DNA from: Hormiphora californensis
Lineage: Eukaryota > Animalia > Ctenophora
Assembly (NCBI GenBank): GCA_020137815.1
Contig: CM035360.1
Span: 6,138,001-6,202,000, forward strand
Length of the DNA: 64,000 nt
Direction: 5' to 3'
Positions within the stretch are counted from its first letter, which is position 1; each line of letters begins with the position of its first letter. The notes beneath the pieces are model-generated. The model was given only the letters and a program-made list of their open reading frames with translations, was not told where the DNA came from and made no database searches. The translations under genes were made by a program, and so were the position numbers. Shown here piece after piece: positions 1-11,700 of the stretch.

Positions 1-130
1 GATACGTTATCGTTCAATAATTATCGAGATCGGATGAATATCAAGTTCCTATTTATTAGTTTGGGCAAGTAGTTTAGTTTATCTACATAGTGTTCACCAT
101 TCGTCACAACTTACCACCAAATCAAATTAG

Positions 131-3100
131 GTAAACCGACGGGAGAGTGCTTTGTTGAGTTTATATCTGCCCCCGACATGAGGAAAGCCCTTCTTCAGCA
201 TCACAGGTAGGCACTAGGCACCCACCACCCCCCCCCCCCTTGATGCTTGAACCAGCATCACACCTTTTATCGTTTCCTGAATTCTTGTTCTTCGATTGTA
301 CATGATTGTACATGATTGTACATGATTGAACATGATTGTACATGATTGGACGATTGGGTAATTAATTGAGATTCTCTCAGCTTCAACTCTGATTCCCCCA
401 AACACAGTGGTTTTTAGGTGGACATAGGAAAAAAAATTTTTTTCTGAAAATGGTTCTATCCGATAGATATTAGTCCATAGAGTTGTATGCTATGCGACCC
501 ACCGATTGATTGCTTCAGAATCGATGCGTTATTTGAGTTTTTCGTCATTTTTGACTGTCATTTTTGACTGTCTTTTTTGACTGCCATTTAACTTGCAGGG
601 TTTTAGGACGAGACGAAAAATAGACATATTCTTCAATGTATGTTGTCTTGGAAGGGCAATTAGGTGAAATTTCAAAATTTTTGGAAATTTTTGAAATTTT
701 TTTTTTCGGAAAGTCATTTTTCAGCCAAAAACGAAACATAAAGCTATGTCATACACAGAGTCGTCATGAGTCGTCACGGGAGACCAGTTTTATTTGAAAG
801 GCCTGACAAATATCTATCTTTTAGTGTATGGGGCACTTCTCCGAAACGATCCGAAAATTGGGTAAAATAGCGTTGAAGGAAGCGTGTTTTTCACTTTTAA
901 AAAATGATTTTTTATAAATGAGTAGCTGAGGCCTGACTTGACATGTTTTCCGACCTATTTTTGCACGTTAAATCGATTGCCATCAATATCGGAGCTCTAA
1001 AACCATTGCATCATACGGCTATTTGCTATTTTGTGAAAAAATCCATATTTAACCAAAATATGAAAAAAATAACAAAAAAGCGTTTTTCGCCTTTTCACTT
1101 CTTATTCAGGCTCATAATTTTATCAGCAATCGATTTCTCGTCCAAAACAAGTGTGGGATAATATGAAAAACATCTTAGTAACTGCATTTTGAAAGAAATC
1201 TTAAAATCTGGCAGTTCTTAGTCTTCATAAATAGAACAAAAATTAATCAAAATAGATGAAATTTTCAAATCTAGCCAAAAAATGTCCAAAATTTCATTTT
1301 AAAATGTTTTCTGCTTTCTATCTCATCATCTTGACCACTTTTTTGCAAAATAACGACGAAAAAAGACGAAAAAACGCGTTTTGACCCCTTTCCTTTAAGT
1401 AAATCGTCTTAATTTTATCAGCAATCGATTCCTCGTCAAAAAATAGTCCGGGTTGACTACGTAAATTTATGCTTTGAAAAAAAATATTTTCCAGCACCAT
1501 AATGATTCGCCGATATCTCCGTAACCTTTCAACCTAGAGCTTTGAAACTATGTGGAAACGTATTTTTTGCATCGGTTTACCCTAGAAACTACCCCATGTG
1601 ATCCAAACATGTGTTGATCTACCCTATGTCACCCTACCCCCCTCAAAATTACCACTGTGCCAAATAACTCCTCCAGCTCCCTGTTCCAACCCTCCAGCTC
1701 CCTATTCTAACGGCCTGTCTCCCCGTTCTAACGGCCTGTCTCCCTATTCTAACGGCCTGTTTCCCACGACAGGTACCTGGGTAGGCGTTATTTAGAGGTT
1801 GAACGATGTAGTACAGAGGTGATGGAACAGACATTAAAGACTCACGGAGAGGCCGTTAGAAATAGTTGCCCTATCGTCCGCTTACGAGGTACAAATAAAG
1901 TAATACCACCTCCTGATTATTTTAGACACCACCTCCCCTCTTCTGATTATTTTAGACACCATCTCCCCTCTTCTGATTATTTTAGACACCACCTCCCCTC
2001 TTCTGATTATTTTAGACGCACTCCCCCCACCCATGGGAAATAAAGTAATACTGCCCCCTCCCTCTTCTGATTATTTTAGCTAAACACCACATTTCGATAT
2101 ATTACAAACTTAGTACATACTTGGGATACTTATTACTTAGTACACACAATTGGAATTCCCATATTGTCTGCTTTTAAACCTCCTATCTCTGAATAATTCC
2201 CTATCCCCTCCTATCTCTGAATAATTCCCTATCCTCCACACAGGACTTCCTTTCCGAACTACTGATAATGAAATAGAGAGGTTATTTAGTGGACTGAGCA
2301 TCAGCAAGCTAGTCATTGTGAAGGATCCGAGAGGTAAACACTTCAATTGTTACCATTCCTTACTGGGGGTGTTCCATAGATCTCACTTCTGATCCACATG
2401 ATTATACACTTGTTTTGTTCAAACCCTTTTTATTTTACGGGACGCGGGGAGGTAGGGTCGAACAAGGCAAGATTATACAATATAAAAAGTCGTTGTCTGT
2501 ACTTGATACTCTCTACAGGTCAGGCAGCGGGTGACGGATATGTGCAGTTTGAGAAAGAGGGAGACATGAAGGATGCTCTAAATAGGCACATGGAGAAAAT
2601 AGGACACAGGTGGGAGCTCTTATTAGAACACTTTTGTTGATGCCTTTGTATCTCAAAATACCTGGTACAACTTCTCCAACCATTCAATTTTATTGTGGCT
2701 GTTAGTTTGTAGAATGATAGTTCAGCGTACTTACCTTCGCTATTCTTCTTCTTAATTTCATATATAATTCTGATCTCTGACTAGCCCCCAGCTATAATCC
2801 TCTCTGACCCCCCACCCCAACTATAATCCTCTCTGACCCCCCACCCCAACTATAATCCTCTCTGACCCCCCACCCCAACTATAATTCTCTCTGACCCCCC
2901 ACTAGGGTGTGCTATTTCAAATTTTTTCGACTAGGCCATTCAGTATCTAGCTAATGTGAAACTATGGACAATTCTCTATCACATCAGCGAAACAGAATCG
3001 GGATAGTGTTTGTCAGTTACGTTGGCATCGCGATTTAAAAAGTGTAGTTTTTAACCGAAAAATGGTAAAAACAGGAAAATATGTGTGGTTTTCACCAGTT

Positions 3101-5124
3101 TTCGACATATTCTTGATATCAACTTTGTATGGTCAGGATTGTGTTCAGCACCTCGAAACTGACAGGAATTGATATGCATCATTAAATGATGCTAAAGTTC
3201 ATTTTTGACCTAAAAATGTTCATTTTTGACAAAAAATGTTCATTTTTGACAAAAAATGTTCATTTTGGACATGTTCTTCAATTTTGAGAGCTTTTTCATG
3301 AACGGGATCGTGTTCCGCAGGCCAAAATTAGTCAATTACAACCGAAATTTGTTTTCCACCAAGAAAAAACTAAAAAAAATTAAAATTCGTCCCCACGATT
3401 CTGCAAGTTGGTAAAATTAACAAGAAAAAAAGGGAGAAAAATTTTTATTTTTGTTCATAAAGTGGATATCTGAAGGCTCAAACTGAAAGTAACAGTTGTA
3501 TAAGTTGTCACGAGACGATTGATATGTGTGTTTTGTTCGAAATAACGCCCTAAAACAGACTTTTTGAAATGAATATGCCCATATATGGGCATAGCTCGTG
3601 CCAACGTAATTGGGCCATGGTAGAGCCAAAACTTTGTGATAAAATGTTTTAGAATGATCGTAGGAGCTCATTTAACCCGATACCAAGTGAAATTTTTGAA
3701 TTAAATTAGGAATTGAAAAAATAGCACACCCCAACTATAATCCTCTCTGACCCCCACCCCAACTATAATTCTCTCTGACCCCCCACCCCAACTATAATTC
3801 TCTCTGACCCCCCCACCCCAACTATAATTCTCTCTGACCCCCCACCCCAACTATAATTCTCTCTGACCCCCCACCCCAACTATAATTCTCTCTGACCCCC
3901 CACCCCAACTATAATTCTCTCTGACCCCCACCCCAACTATAATTCTCTCCCATCATCCCAGGTATATCGAGGTGTTCCAGGCGTATAACGTTACTGATCT
4001 TGATGAGATGCCCAAATCCCGACCTGCTAAACCACCAAAACACTGGGGATACGGGCCTCAGGATGGAAGTCCCTACATGTTTGAGGGCGGGGACTGGGGC
4101 CCCAGGGTGCCACCTCGACCTTACCATAGCCTGCGAATGAGAGGTTAGTCCTCATGTATCTCCTTCAAGAGACCCATTTTATTTTCTATGTCTCTAAAAT
4201 ATCTTTTTCTAATTTGATTTTGTAACTCAACTCTTATCAGGTTTACCATTCGAAGCTACTGAGAAGGAAATAGTAGAGTTCTTTGAGCCGCTCGTGCCTG
4301 TACACATTCAGATTGTGTACACACGACAGGGCCGCCCATCTGGGGAGGCTGAGGTGAGAACTTGGGGGAGATTTAGTAGCACCCTGTGTAGCCTAATATG
4401 AAATAGGGGAAGAGTATAAGAACCAAGCGAAATGTACTGAATTAGGGATGTAAAATAATAAAATGGGACACCCTTGATACACACTTATTGCCTCAACATT
4501 GGGAACATTGATACCCATGTTTATCAATTCTTGGAATCTTAGATCTCTATTCTCTTGAACTGCTCTGGGAGGGGGGACCGGTTAAACAATTATTGTATTT
4601 TTAGGAAAGATGCTCTCACCTGAAAACTTGCCTTGCTCTACCCTGTTTACCACCTCAAAACCGACTTTTTCAAATAATCTGAACTAAACCACTTCAGGTC
4701 TCCTTTGCAAGCTACAGTGATCTCTCAACAGCCCTGCTGAAGGACAAGGAATACCTTGGTATGTCTTAACTGTGTTTTTAATACCACAGTAATGCGTATA
4801 TATTTCCTAATTTAGGAAGTGCTATCAATTAGATAAATTGACAACAATATTTCTCACCGGGTTCCACACATTTTACAATCTGATATATCATTAGGTAACC
4901 GATACGTGGAGTTGTTTGACGAGAGTTCTGGTAGTCCTGGTAACGGTGGTAACGGTGGAGGTGGTGGTGGTGGTGGTGGTTACTATCACCACGGTGGTCA
5001 CCACCAACATCACCATCACCACCATGGGGGTCATCACCACGGGGGAGGTGGTGGTGGAGGTCCTTACAACAACTCTGGTGGAGGTGGAGGCCGCTACCAA
5101 AGTGAGCATAATGACAGTGAGTGA
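131..5124 (+). CDS. hnRNP F/H (glorund/GRSF1/ESRP-type) qRRM RNA-binding protein; 5' end lies upstream of the window
   Basis: GT-AG exons with consistent phases: 131-206, 1773-1888, 2244-2333, 2519-2609, 3962-4143, 4241-4353, 4698-4758, 4895-5124. Translation shows qRRM hallmarks three times: GKPTGECFVEF..YLGRRYLEV; VRLRGLPF..GQAAGDGYVQF..KIGHRYIEVF; LRMRGLPFEAT..GRPSGEAEVSF..YLGNRYVELF. A Gly/His-rich tail and TGA follow. Confidence 0.92.
295..349. repeat. 10-bp tandem repeat (catgattgta)n
   Basis: About 5 copies visible in an intron. Confidence 0.9.
403..1659. mobile_element. Non-autonomous Transib/RAG-like DNA transposon with RSS-like termini
   Basis: Ends CACAGTGGT...ACCACTGTG; exact 5-bp TSD CCAAA (398-402, 1660-1664); shared GACATAGG box behind each heptamer; AT-rich interior without a credible ORF. 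Confidence 0.8.
1668..1762. repeat. 21-bp intronic minisatellite next to a 3' splice site
   Basis: ctccc(c/t)(a/g)ttctaacggcctgt, about 3-4 copies ending just before the acceptor at 1772. Confidence 0.85.
1907..2018. repeat. 30-bp intronic minisatellite
   Basis: ctgattattttagacaccacctcccctctt, about 4 copies. Confidence 0.9.
2773..3948. repeat. ~29-31-bp intronic minisatellite split by an insertion
   Basis: aactataat(c/t)ctctctgacccccacccc copies at 2773-2902 and 3727-3948. Confidence 0.9.
2903..3731. mobile_element. Non-autonomous TIR element (hAT-like TAGGG start) inside a minisatellite
   Basis: TIR tagggtgtgctattt...aaatagcacaccc; the right end merges with the repeat unit, so no clean TSD. 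Confidence 0.65.
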
Positions 5125-5137
5125 TCGCAGCATCAGC

Positions 5138-5263
<126 letters not shown>

Positions 5264-5637
5264 TAGTAGCAGAGAGAAAGAGATAGAGAGAGACAGCTTC
5301 TGCTACTTCTCGTTATTCGCTTACTTCCCCGAGCAGCTCCGGTAGACCCCCCGACAAAAGGGTGCGCGCCGAGAAAAGTATCTTATTGATAGTAGTCTGC
5401 CAATGCGCGCACACTGTCAATCCACACAGACACATGCTCAGACTGTCCCGTGTTGCCTTGTTAGGACGGTCTCTCTCACCGTGTAAAGCTAAAGGAAGGT
5501 TTAGAATAAAACAAGGCTTATGTAGCCTGCGAAACACTTTTCTTCTGATTCAGTTATCATAGCAAGGGGAAGAGGTGTCTTTTTTTTAAAACTGAAACAG
5601 CAGCAGTAGTGTGATTGTGTCTCAATTCTATCCATTT

Positions 5638-7097
5638 GGGGGGGGAGCCGGCTGAAGTTTTTGAAGTTTGAAGTTTTCCACCCTACTTTTTGAGTTTTTG
5701 AAGTTTTTGAAGTTGACTTCAAAAACTTCAAAAACTTCAAAAACTCTAAACTACTTTTTTATGCTATCAATGACTATTATTACACTTGTTTAGGTTAGTT
5801 TCATGCTTAATACATATTGTGGCAAAGTTATCCGTCCTTGTCTGCACTTTTTCTACCACAAATTAGGGTATTTACAATGATTCCTAACCATGAAATCCAT
5901 GGCACAATTTGGTGTAAAAAATTAAATTTTTTTGTAAAAACAGATTTTATTTTCATTCTATAACTCAAAAAATTGCCTAGAAAATGCTAAGAAAGTGTTT
6001 AAAAATTATGAAGTAAATTTTCAAATTTTTTTTTGGGGCCACACCCCTTTTGCCAGTTTCAAAAAATGCAAATTTTTTATGAAGGGAGTAGTGAAAAAAA
6101 TATGGTCACCAAAATCATCAGCGGCCTCGAGTTAGTGGGGGTACGTACCAAAATGAAGTCTCCACCTCATCTAATTCGAGGGATAATGGGATATTTTCAT
6201 AATTTTGTGTGTGCGCATGACTTTTTTTGGGCTAGACCAGTTTTAATGGTTTATGAGTGACTATAGGCTTTTTAAAGGGGTGCATCTTGTTCGGAATACG
6301 CAAGTTTATATAAGAGTTATGAAGCAACATAGGGCCTATCTCCAACGGTTTAGGAGATATGGGGGGGGTCCAGCCCTAAAAAAAGCTAAAGGTACCCTGA
6401 TTTTGGTCGATAGCGTTTTTTATTTTAGCTTTTTTTAGCTTTTTTTAGCTTTTTTTAGCTTTTTTTAGCCCTACTTTTTATGTTTTTTCAGCATTCATCT
6501 TGACACTTTTCCATTAAATTTTCATCCTTCCGGACGTCTATTGACTGCATTTGTTCATTTCCTGCACATTTTTTACCATAATCTACCGTTTATGTCCATA
6601 CATAGCAATTTCTGTATCCACCCCTACTGCCATTTTCTGGAGACATTTTTTCGATAAAAATATTATTCAAATTTGATAAGAATAGTTTTAAAAAAGTTCA
6701 AAAAACGTTATAAAACGTTATAATAAAAGTTTAAAAATTTGGCGTCAGCGGGATTCGAACCTATATGAATCCACTAAAAACTCAATTTTAGCTTTTTTTA
6801 GCTTTTTTTAGCTTTTTTTAGCCTTAAAAAAGCTAAAAGAAGCTAAAAAAAGCTAAAAAAAGCTAAAAAAAAGCTAAAAAAGGCTAAAAAAAGCTAAAAA
6901 AAAGCTAAAAAAAGCTAAAAAAAGCTAAAGGTACCCTGATTTTGGCCGTTAGCTTAGCTTTTTTTAGGGCTGGACCCCCCCCAGATATGAGTTTTTGAAG
7001 TTTTTGAAGTTTTTGAAGTTTTCCACCCTAAGTTTCTCTTTGAAGTTTTTGAAGTTGACTTCAAAAACTTCAAAAACTTCAGCCGGCCCCCCCCCCC
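5638..7097. mobile_element. Poly-G/poly-C-ended non-autonomous DNA transposon
   Basis: G-run+gccggctgaagtttttgaag ... cttcaaaaacttcagccggc+C-run; 8-bp TSD atccattt; subterminal gaagtttt repeats. Confidence 0.85.
6361..6982. mobile_element. Poly-G-ended element nested inside 5638-7097
   Basis: ggggggggtccagccctaaaaaaagctaa ... ttagctttttttagggctggacccccccc; flanking duplication agatat(g); subterminal aaaagct arrays. Confidence 0.85.
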
Positions 7098-8706
7098 ATC
7101 CATTTTCAAAGCACTATCTGTGTGTGCTGTATTTGAATTCTAATTCCCTACCTTATTTCAGGTGTGCCCCCACGGGGAGGAAGGGTGCCAAACCGACGTT
7201 ACTACGACCGTTAAACAGATGCAGCCTGCAGTGCACGGCCGGCCCGGTCCTCCTCGTCTTATTTATCTTTATTTTTGTACATTTTTCTCGAAAAAGATGG
7301 TATAGCGATAGTGTGTGTTACGTGTGTGTGTCGGCCCCCCGTTATTTATTTTGCATCCGACTTTTTCGTTACAGAGAGAGAGATGAGAAGAGAGATGAGA
7401 CAGCGATCCAGACAGAAGAGACAGAGATCGAGAGAGAGAGAAAGAGAAAGAGAGAAAGAGAAACAGTTATATATCTTATGAGCAAGAGTATTTGTTGTAC
7501 AGAGAGAACACTGACCCATGGGCATATATGAATTAATAGAAAAACATTCGGATTGGAACGTGTGATTGAGATTAAGGTCGGGAGATCTGGCGCAGAGAGA
7601 GGGTCGGTCGAAAGAGACTATAATGGTAGATCGGCGGAAGGATGGATGATATGTGTGAAACACACCTGCCCACTTAATGTCAATTTCTGTTACATTTTTA
7701 CAATGCTGAAAATATGCAGTTTTGTTTCGACCGACTATGGATGACTATCTAATCACTGTTAGTTGAATGTATATATCTACGGAACCTCACGTAGCCGTAA
7801 CGGGTCTTTGGTGTGGAGAGGACAGTCATATGTGTGTTAAAACTCACTTTGTTTCTGCACTCTGCAGCATGGTCTTATCGTTCTGTCGGTTAATCGGTTA
7901 TTGAATTGACTGTCATATGATTCTTATCTGGTGACAAGTTTCAGATAGTTAGTGCGCGTCGTTGTTTTGCGCGTTACCATCGAGCGCGCGTAAAATGATT
8001 TAGTTTGAAAAACTGGCGCTGACAAGCGCCACAAAAGCTGAACTTGTCAGCACTTGTTTCTAAAAAGGTTAGAAAGTAGAAACACGCTTGCTGGTTGGAG
8101 CTTTGAATGAACAAACAAATTAGCTTGAGCAAAAGTGATTGGCAATCCGTAAAAAGTACAAACAAAAGACAAAGGCCTCCAGGAGCTGTCAGAACTCGGG
8201 CCAATGATCTGAAGTCAGAGTCAGAGGCTTCGGTAGTGCTGTACTTTTTACCTGTTGCTGTAGGCTACGTGAACGGTGAACTTGCTAATTTACCTGGCGA
8301 CGCCGACCCAATCTGAGTCCACTGAGAATCAAAACGATGTCTCTGTCAGAACTCAGAGGCCAGAGCATTGGCCTGACCCTATTCTCATAGGGCGAGAACT
8401 GCGGTCAGAGCATTGGCCTGACAGCGATGTATGCCGCCGCTAGACAGAATGGTGCAACCTCCAGACAACCTCGCTAATTTAGTAACATTATCCTTTCTTA
8501 GTTTCTTGTTCTGGGCCCTGGCCTATGCGCCCCTTCTTTGAGTTTGGGGAACGGATTGTGTGGATACTCGAGACATTAAAACATCATAGCTTAAAACAGA
8601 ACGTTGTTCAGTGTAAAATCATTCAATGATCAAATATCCGACAGATACTTTCTCTAACATGTTTTTGGATATATCTAATTCGCGTATTTAGTAAGTCAAT
8701 ATTCAT

Positions 8707-11700
8707 CTAGTAAAGTCGCTTTTTCTTAGGAGGAACGGGCTTATCTTTAGTGGCAGGAGCTTGGAACTTTCCAAAGTTTACTTTGCCTACTTTTTTCTGT
8801 CCAAATCTGCTCGTTTTCTCTTCAGGGGCTGGTGATGGCTTCTTTTCCGGTTTGGGTGACGGTGTAGTGGCGGATTCAGCCTTTGCTTCTTCCTTTTTGG
8901 ACGCCTCTTCAGTCTTCTTGGGCTCAGCAGCAGGGACCGCTTCAGGAGCAGGGGCGGCTTCAGTCTTTTTTGGTTCAGGAGCAGGGGTGGCTTCAGTCTT
9001 CTTGGGCTCAGCAGCAGGGGCCGCTTCAGGAGCAGGGGCGGCTTCAGTCTTCTTTTGTTCAGAAGCAGGGGTGGCTTCTGCGGGGGCGGCTTCAGCGGGA
9101 GCGGCTTCAGCGGGAGCGGCTTCAGCAGGAGCGGCTTCAGCAGGAGCGGCTTCAGCAGGAGCGGCTTCAGCAGGAGCGGCTTCAGCAGGAGCGGCTTCAG
9201 CAGGAGCGGCTTCAGCAGGAGCGGCTTCAGCAGGAGCGGCTTCAGCGGGAGCGGCTTCAGCAGGAGCGGCTTCAGCGGGAACAGCTTCAGCGGGAGCGGC
9301 TTCAGCGGGAGCGGCTTCGGCGGGAGCGGCTTCGGCGGGAGTGGCTTCAGCGGCGGCTTCGGCGGCGGCGGCTTCAGCAGGGGCAGCTTCGGCGGGAGCG
9401 GCTTCGGCGGGGGCAGCTTCGGCGGGAGCGGCTTCAGCGGGAGCGGCTTCGGCTAGCGCATCTTCTGTATCTATCGTTATTTCTGGGGCGGTGGTTACAG
9501 CAGCCTCATCGCCCTCCTTAGTCTCCACTACTTCCTCGGACACGACAGTGCTGTTGATTCCAAGTACAACGTCGTCAGCAGCATCCAACTCTAACTTCAC
9601 CTCGTGCTCCTGGAAATACATAGTGTCAGTTTAATGGACAACGGAAAATAATTTCATTTGTTAGATTCTTTCCCATAAATCCGCACAATTACTGCAATAG
9701 GGGTAGGTACTAGGTATGGATAATTCATACAATGGTTTATAACCTTTTGTTCAACTTCTTCTGAATTTGACTCTGATGTTGACATTTGGAACTGGAGGGA
9801 GCTCACTCCCATCGCTTCTTCTGCAGCCTCGCTAGTTTGTTGATCTGGTACAAACTCACACTCTCCTCCCTCGACAGGTGGAGAGAACTCCCCAGACACC
9901 TTTTCAACCTGAAAGGAGTGGCAGTGTTAGTGTTCCAGCTGCGGGCACACGTGGGGAGAAGCTGTGCAGGAGATGGGGTGCTGGCTATGCGGCCGAGAGA
10001 GTACAGACCAACAGGGCAGCTGCAAGGAAAGAAAGGCAATCCCCTGAATCAGATGGCAAACCATTTTGAGTATTAAAGTGGTTACAAGATATGCAGAAAG
10101 GAAGGTACTAATATCACTTTCAAGTAAAAGATACAAGATTTATTGGTTGAGATCAAGAGAAAGAAAGGTAGAGGTACATGTCAGTTGTAACTCCTAACTA
10201 AGCAGGGATATCTTGCAATATATGCAGCAGTGCAAGAAAACAATGCAGTATGCTTGTAATCTTCAAAGCAAAAAAAGGGACCCTTGCTGTGTTTGTTGAT
10301 CAGACAAAATATATCCTGCTGTCTCTCTCTGATGGCAATGTATTGACACGTGACACCTTCACAGAATGCGAGGTAAGGGTGGCAATAAGTGGAAAGGCAC
10401 AAAGCGGAGGGGTTCCCGGTGGCGAGTATTGTAGGGCTACCTGGGCGGCTTCCTCGGGAGATATCACCGTGTAAATACCAAGCTGTTCGACCGGCTCTGA
10501 GGGAGTGTTTTGTGAGTTAGAAACTGGGGTCGGAATCTGAAAGGGTTCTAATACAGGATATAATAGGCTGTGGTTGGTTATGCTTTTAGGTAGGAATTAA
10601 TGTTGAAAGGTTTCAAAAGGATTAAAGGTCTCCAAATTGTGATTCATACAGCATTAATGTTTAAATATTTTAAGTTTAGATGATAAGATGATAAAACAGA
10701 AAGGAAGATTGTATGTGGAAGAGGCTAAAATGAAAGCTTCACGAAGACACGTTAAATATAAAAAGGAAAAAGAGTCTGCTTCACCACAACAACTGCATCA
10801 GTGCTCTGTCCCTAGTGTTGCCAGGCAACAGTGCTCTGCCCCGAGTTGTTAGGCGAGTGTTGCCAGGCAACAGAGCTCGGTTGCTACCTGGCTCGGGTGC
10901 CGGATCCTCCACCAAATCCTTCAACTCCTCTTCCACGGGCTCTTCGGTGGGCTCTTGTTCCACTGGGGATGCTTCTTCTGCCACCTGCTTCTCATCTCGC
11001 CGGACGGTGGTATCCTCAAGAGGCGGGGGAGTAATGTGGTCCCGGGACTGAGTGTGGGTACCATACTCGCCCTTGCTAACATCCTGGTTGTACCGGTACT
11101 CGCCTTCACTTCCTAAAGTTGTGGGGGTTCCAGGGAGGGAGTTTCATGTGTTCAATGATACGTGCATTTTATATGAAATGGTTATCATGCACCATTATTT
11201 AACATAGTTATCAGCTGACATCTTATCAAGTATTAGGAATTTACATTTTACAACGGTCAGCTTGAGTTATCTGGCAGCGACAGACCCCGATTTGCTCAAA
11301 TCTGAGCTTGCGACAGTGCGCTCAGATGGGGTCTGCGGCGCCAGACAATCAACTGATGAGATTATTGATTTACCCTGGTGGTTTTCTAGGCCAGCCCGTT
11401 TGTACTTCTGTCCTAGATCCCCCTCTCCCTGTTGTTCTCCCGTTCCGTACTCGTCGTTCATCCTGTACCTGCAAGAATTCATCACCGATAAAAGTTGAGA
11501 CCAGGGAAGGAAGTGTCCCTCCCTAATCTTGATTCTTGGCGAGATTAAGAATGTACAGATGAAAGCATATTGCTGATGCTTTCACCTCTGTTTGTGAACA
11601 GAAGAAAATCTGAAAAACCACCAATTCAATTCACCTGTTCCTAACGTCCCATCGGTGCTCATGAAGTCCATACCTATCGGCCAGATTTTCTCTAGCGCCT

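Noticed and set aside
6740-6772. tRNA gene (reverse-strand GGTTCGAATCCC T-loop/B-box)
   Set aside because: Only the T-arm-like motif is present, no cloverleaf can be built, and it lies inside a MITE.
8750-9634. Plus-strand ORFs with GAASA, QERLQ or SGFSR repeats
   Set aside because: Shadow frames of the minus-strand PAEAA exon, which has the proper splice acceptor and stop.
11586-11609. 24-nt in-frame microexon of gene A
   Set aside because: It would leave a 25-nt intron to the upstream exon, and the flanking exons join in phase without it.
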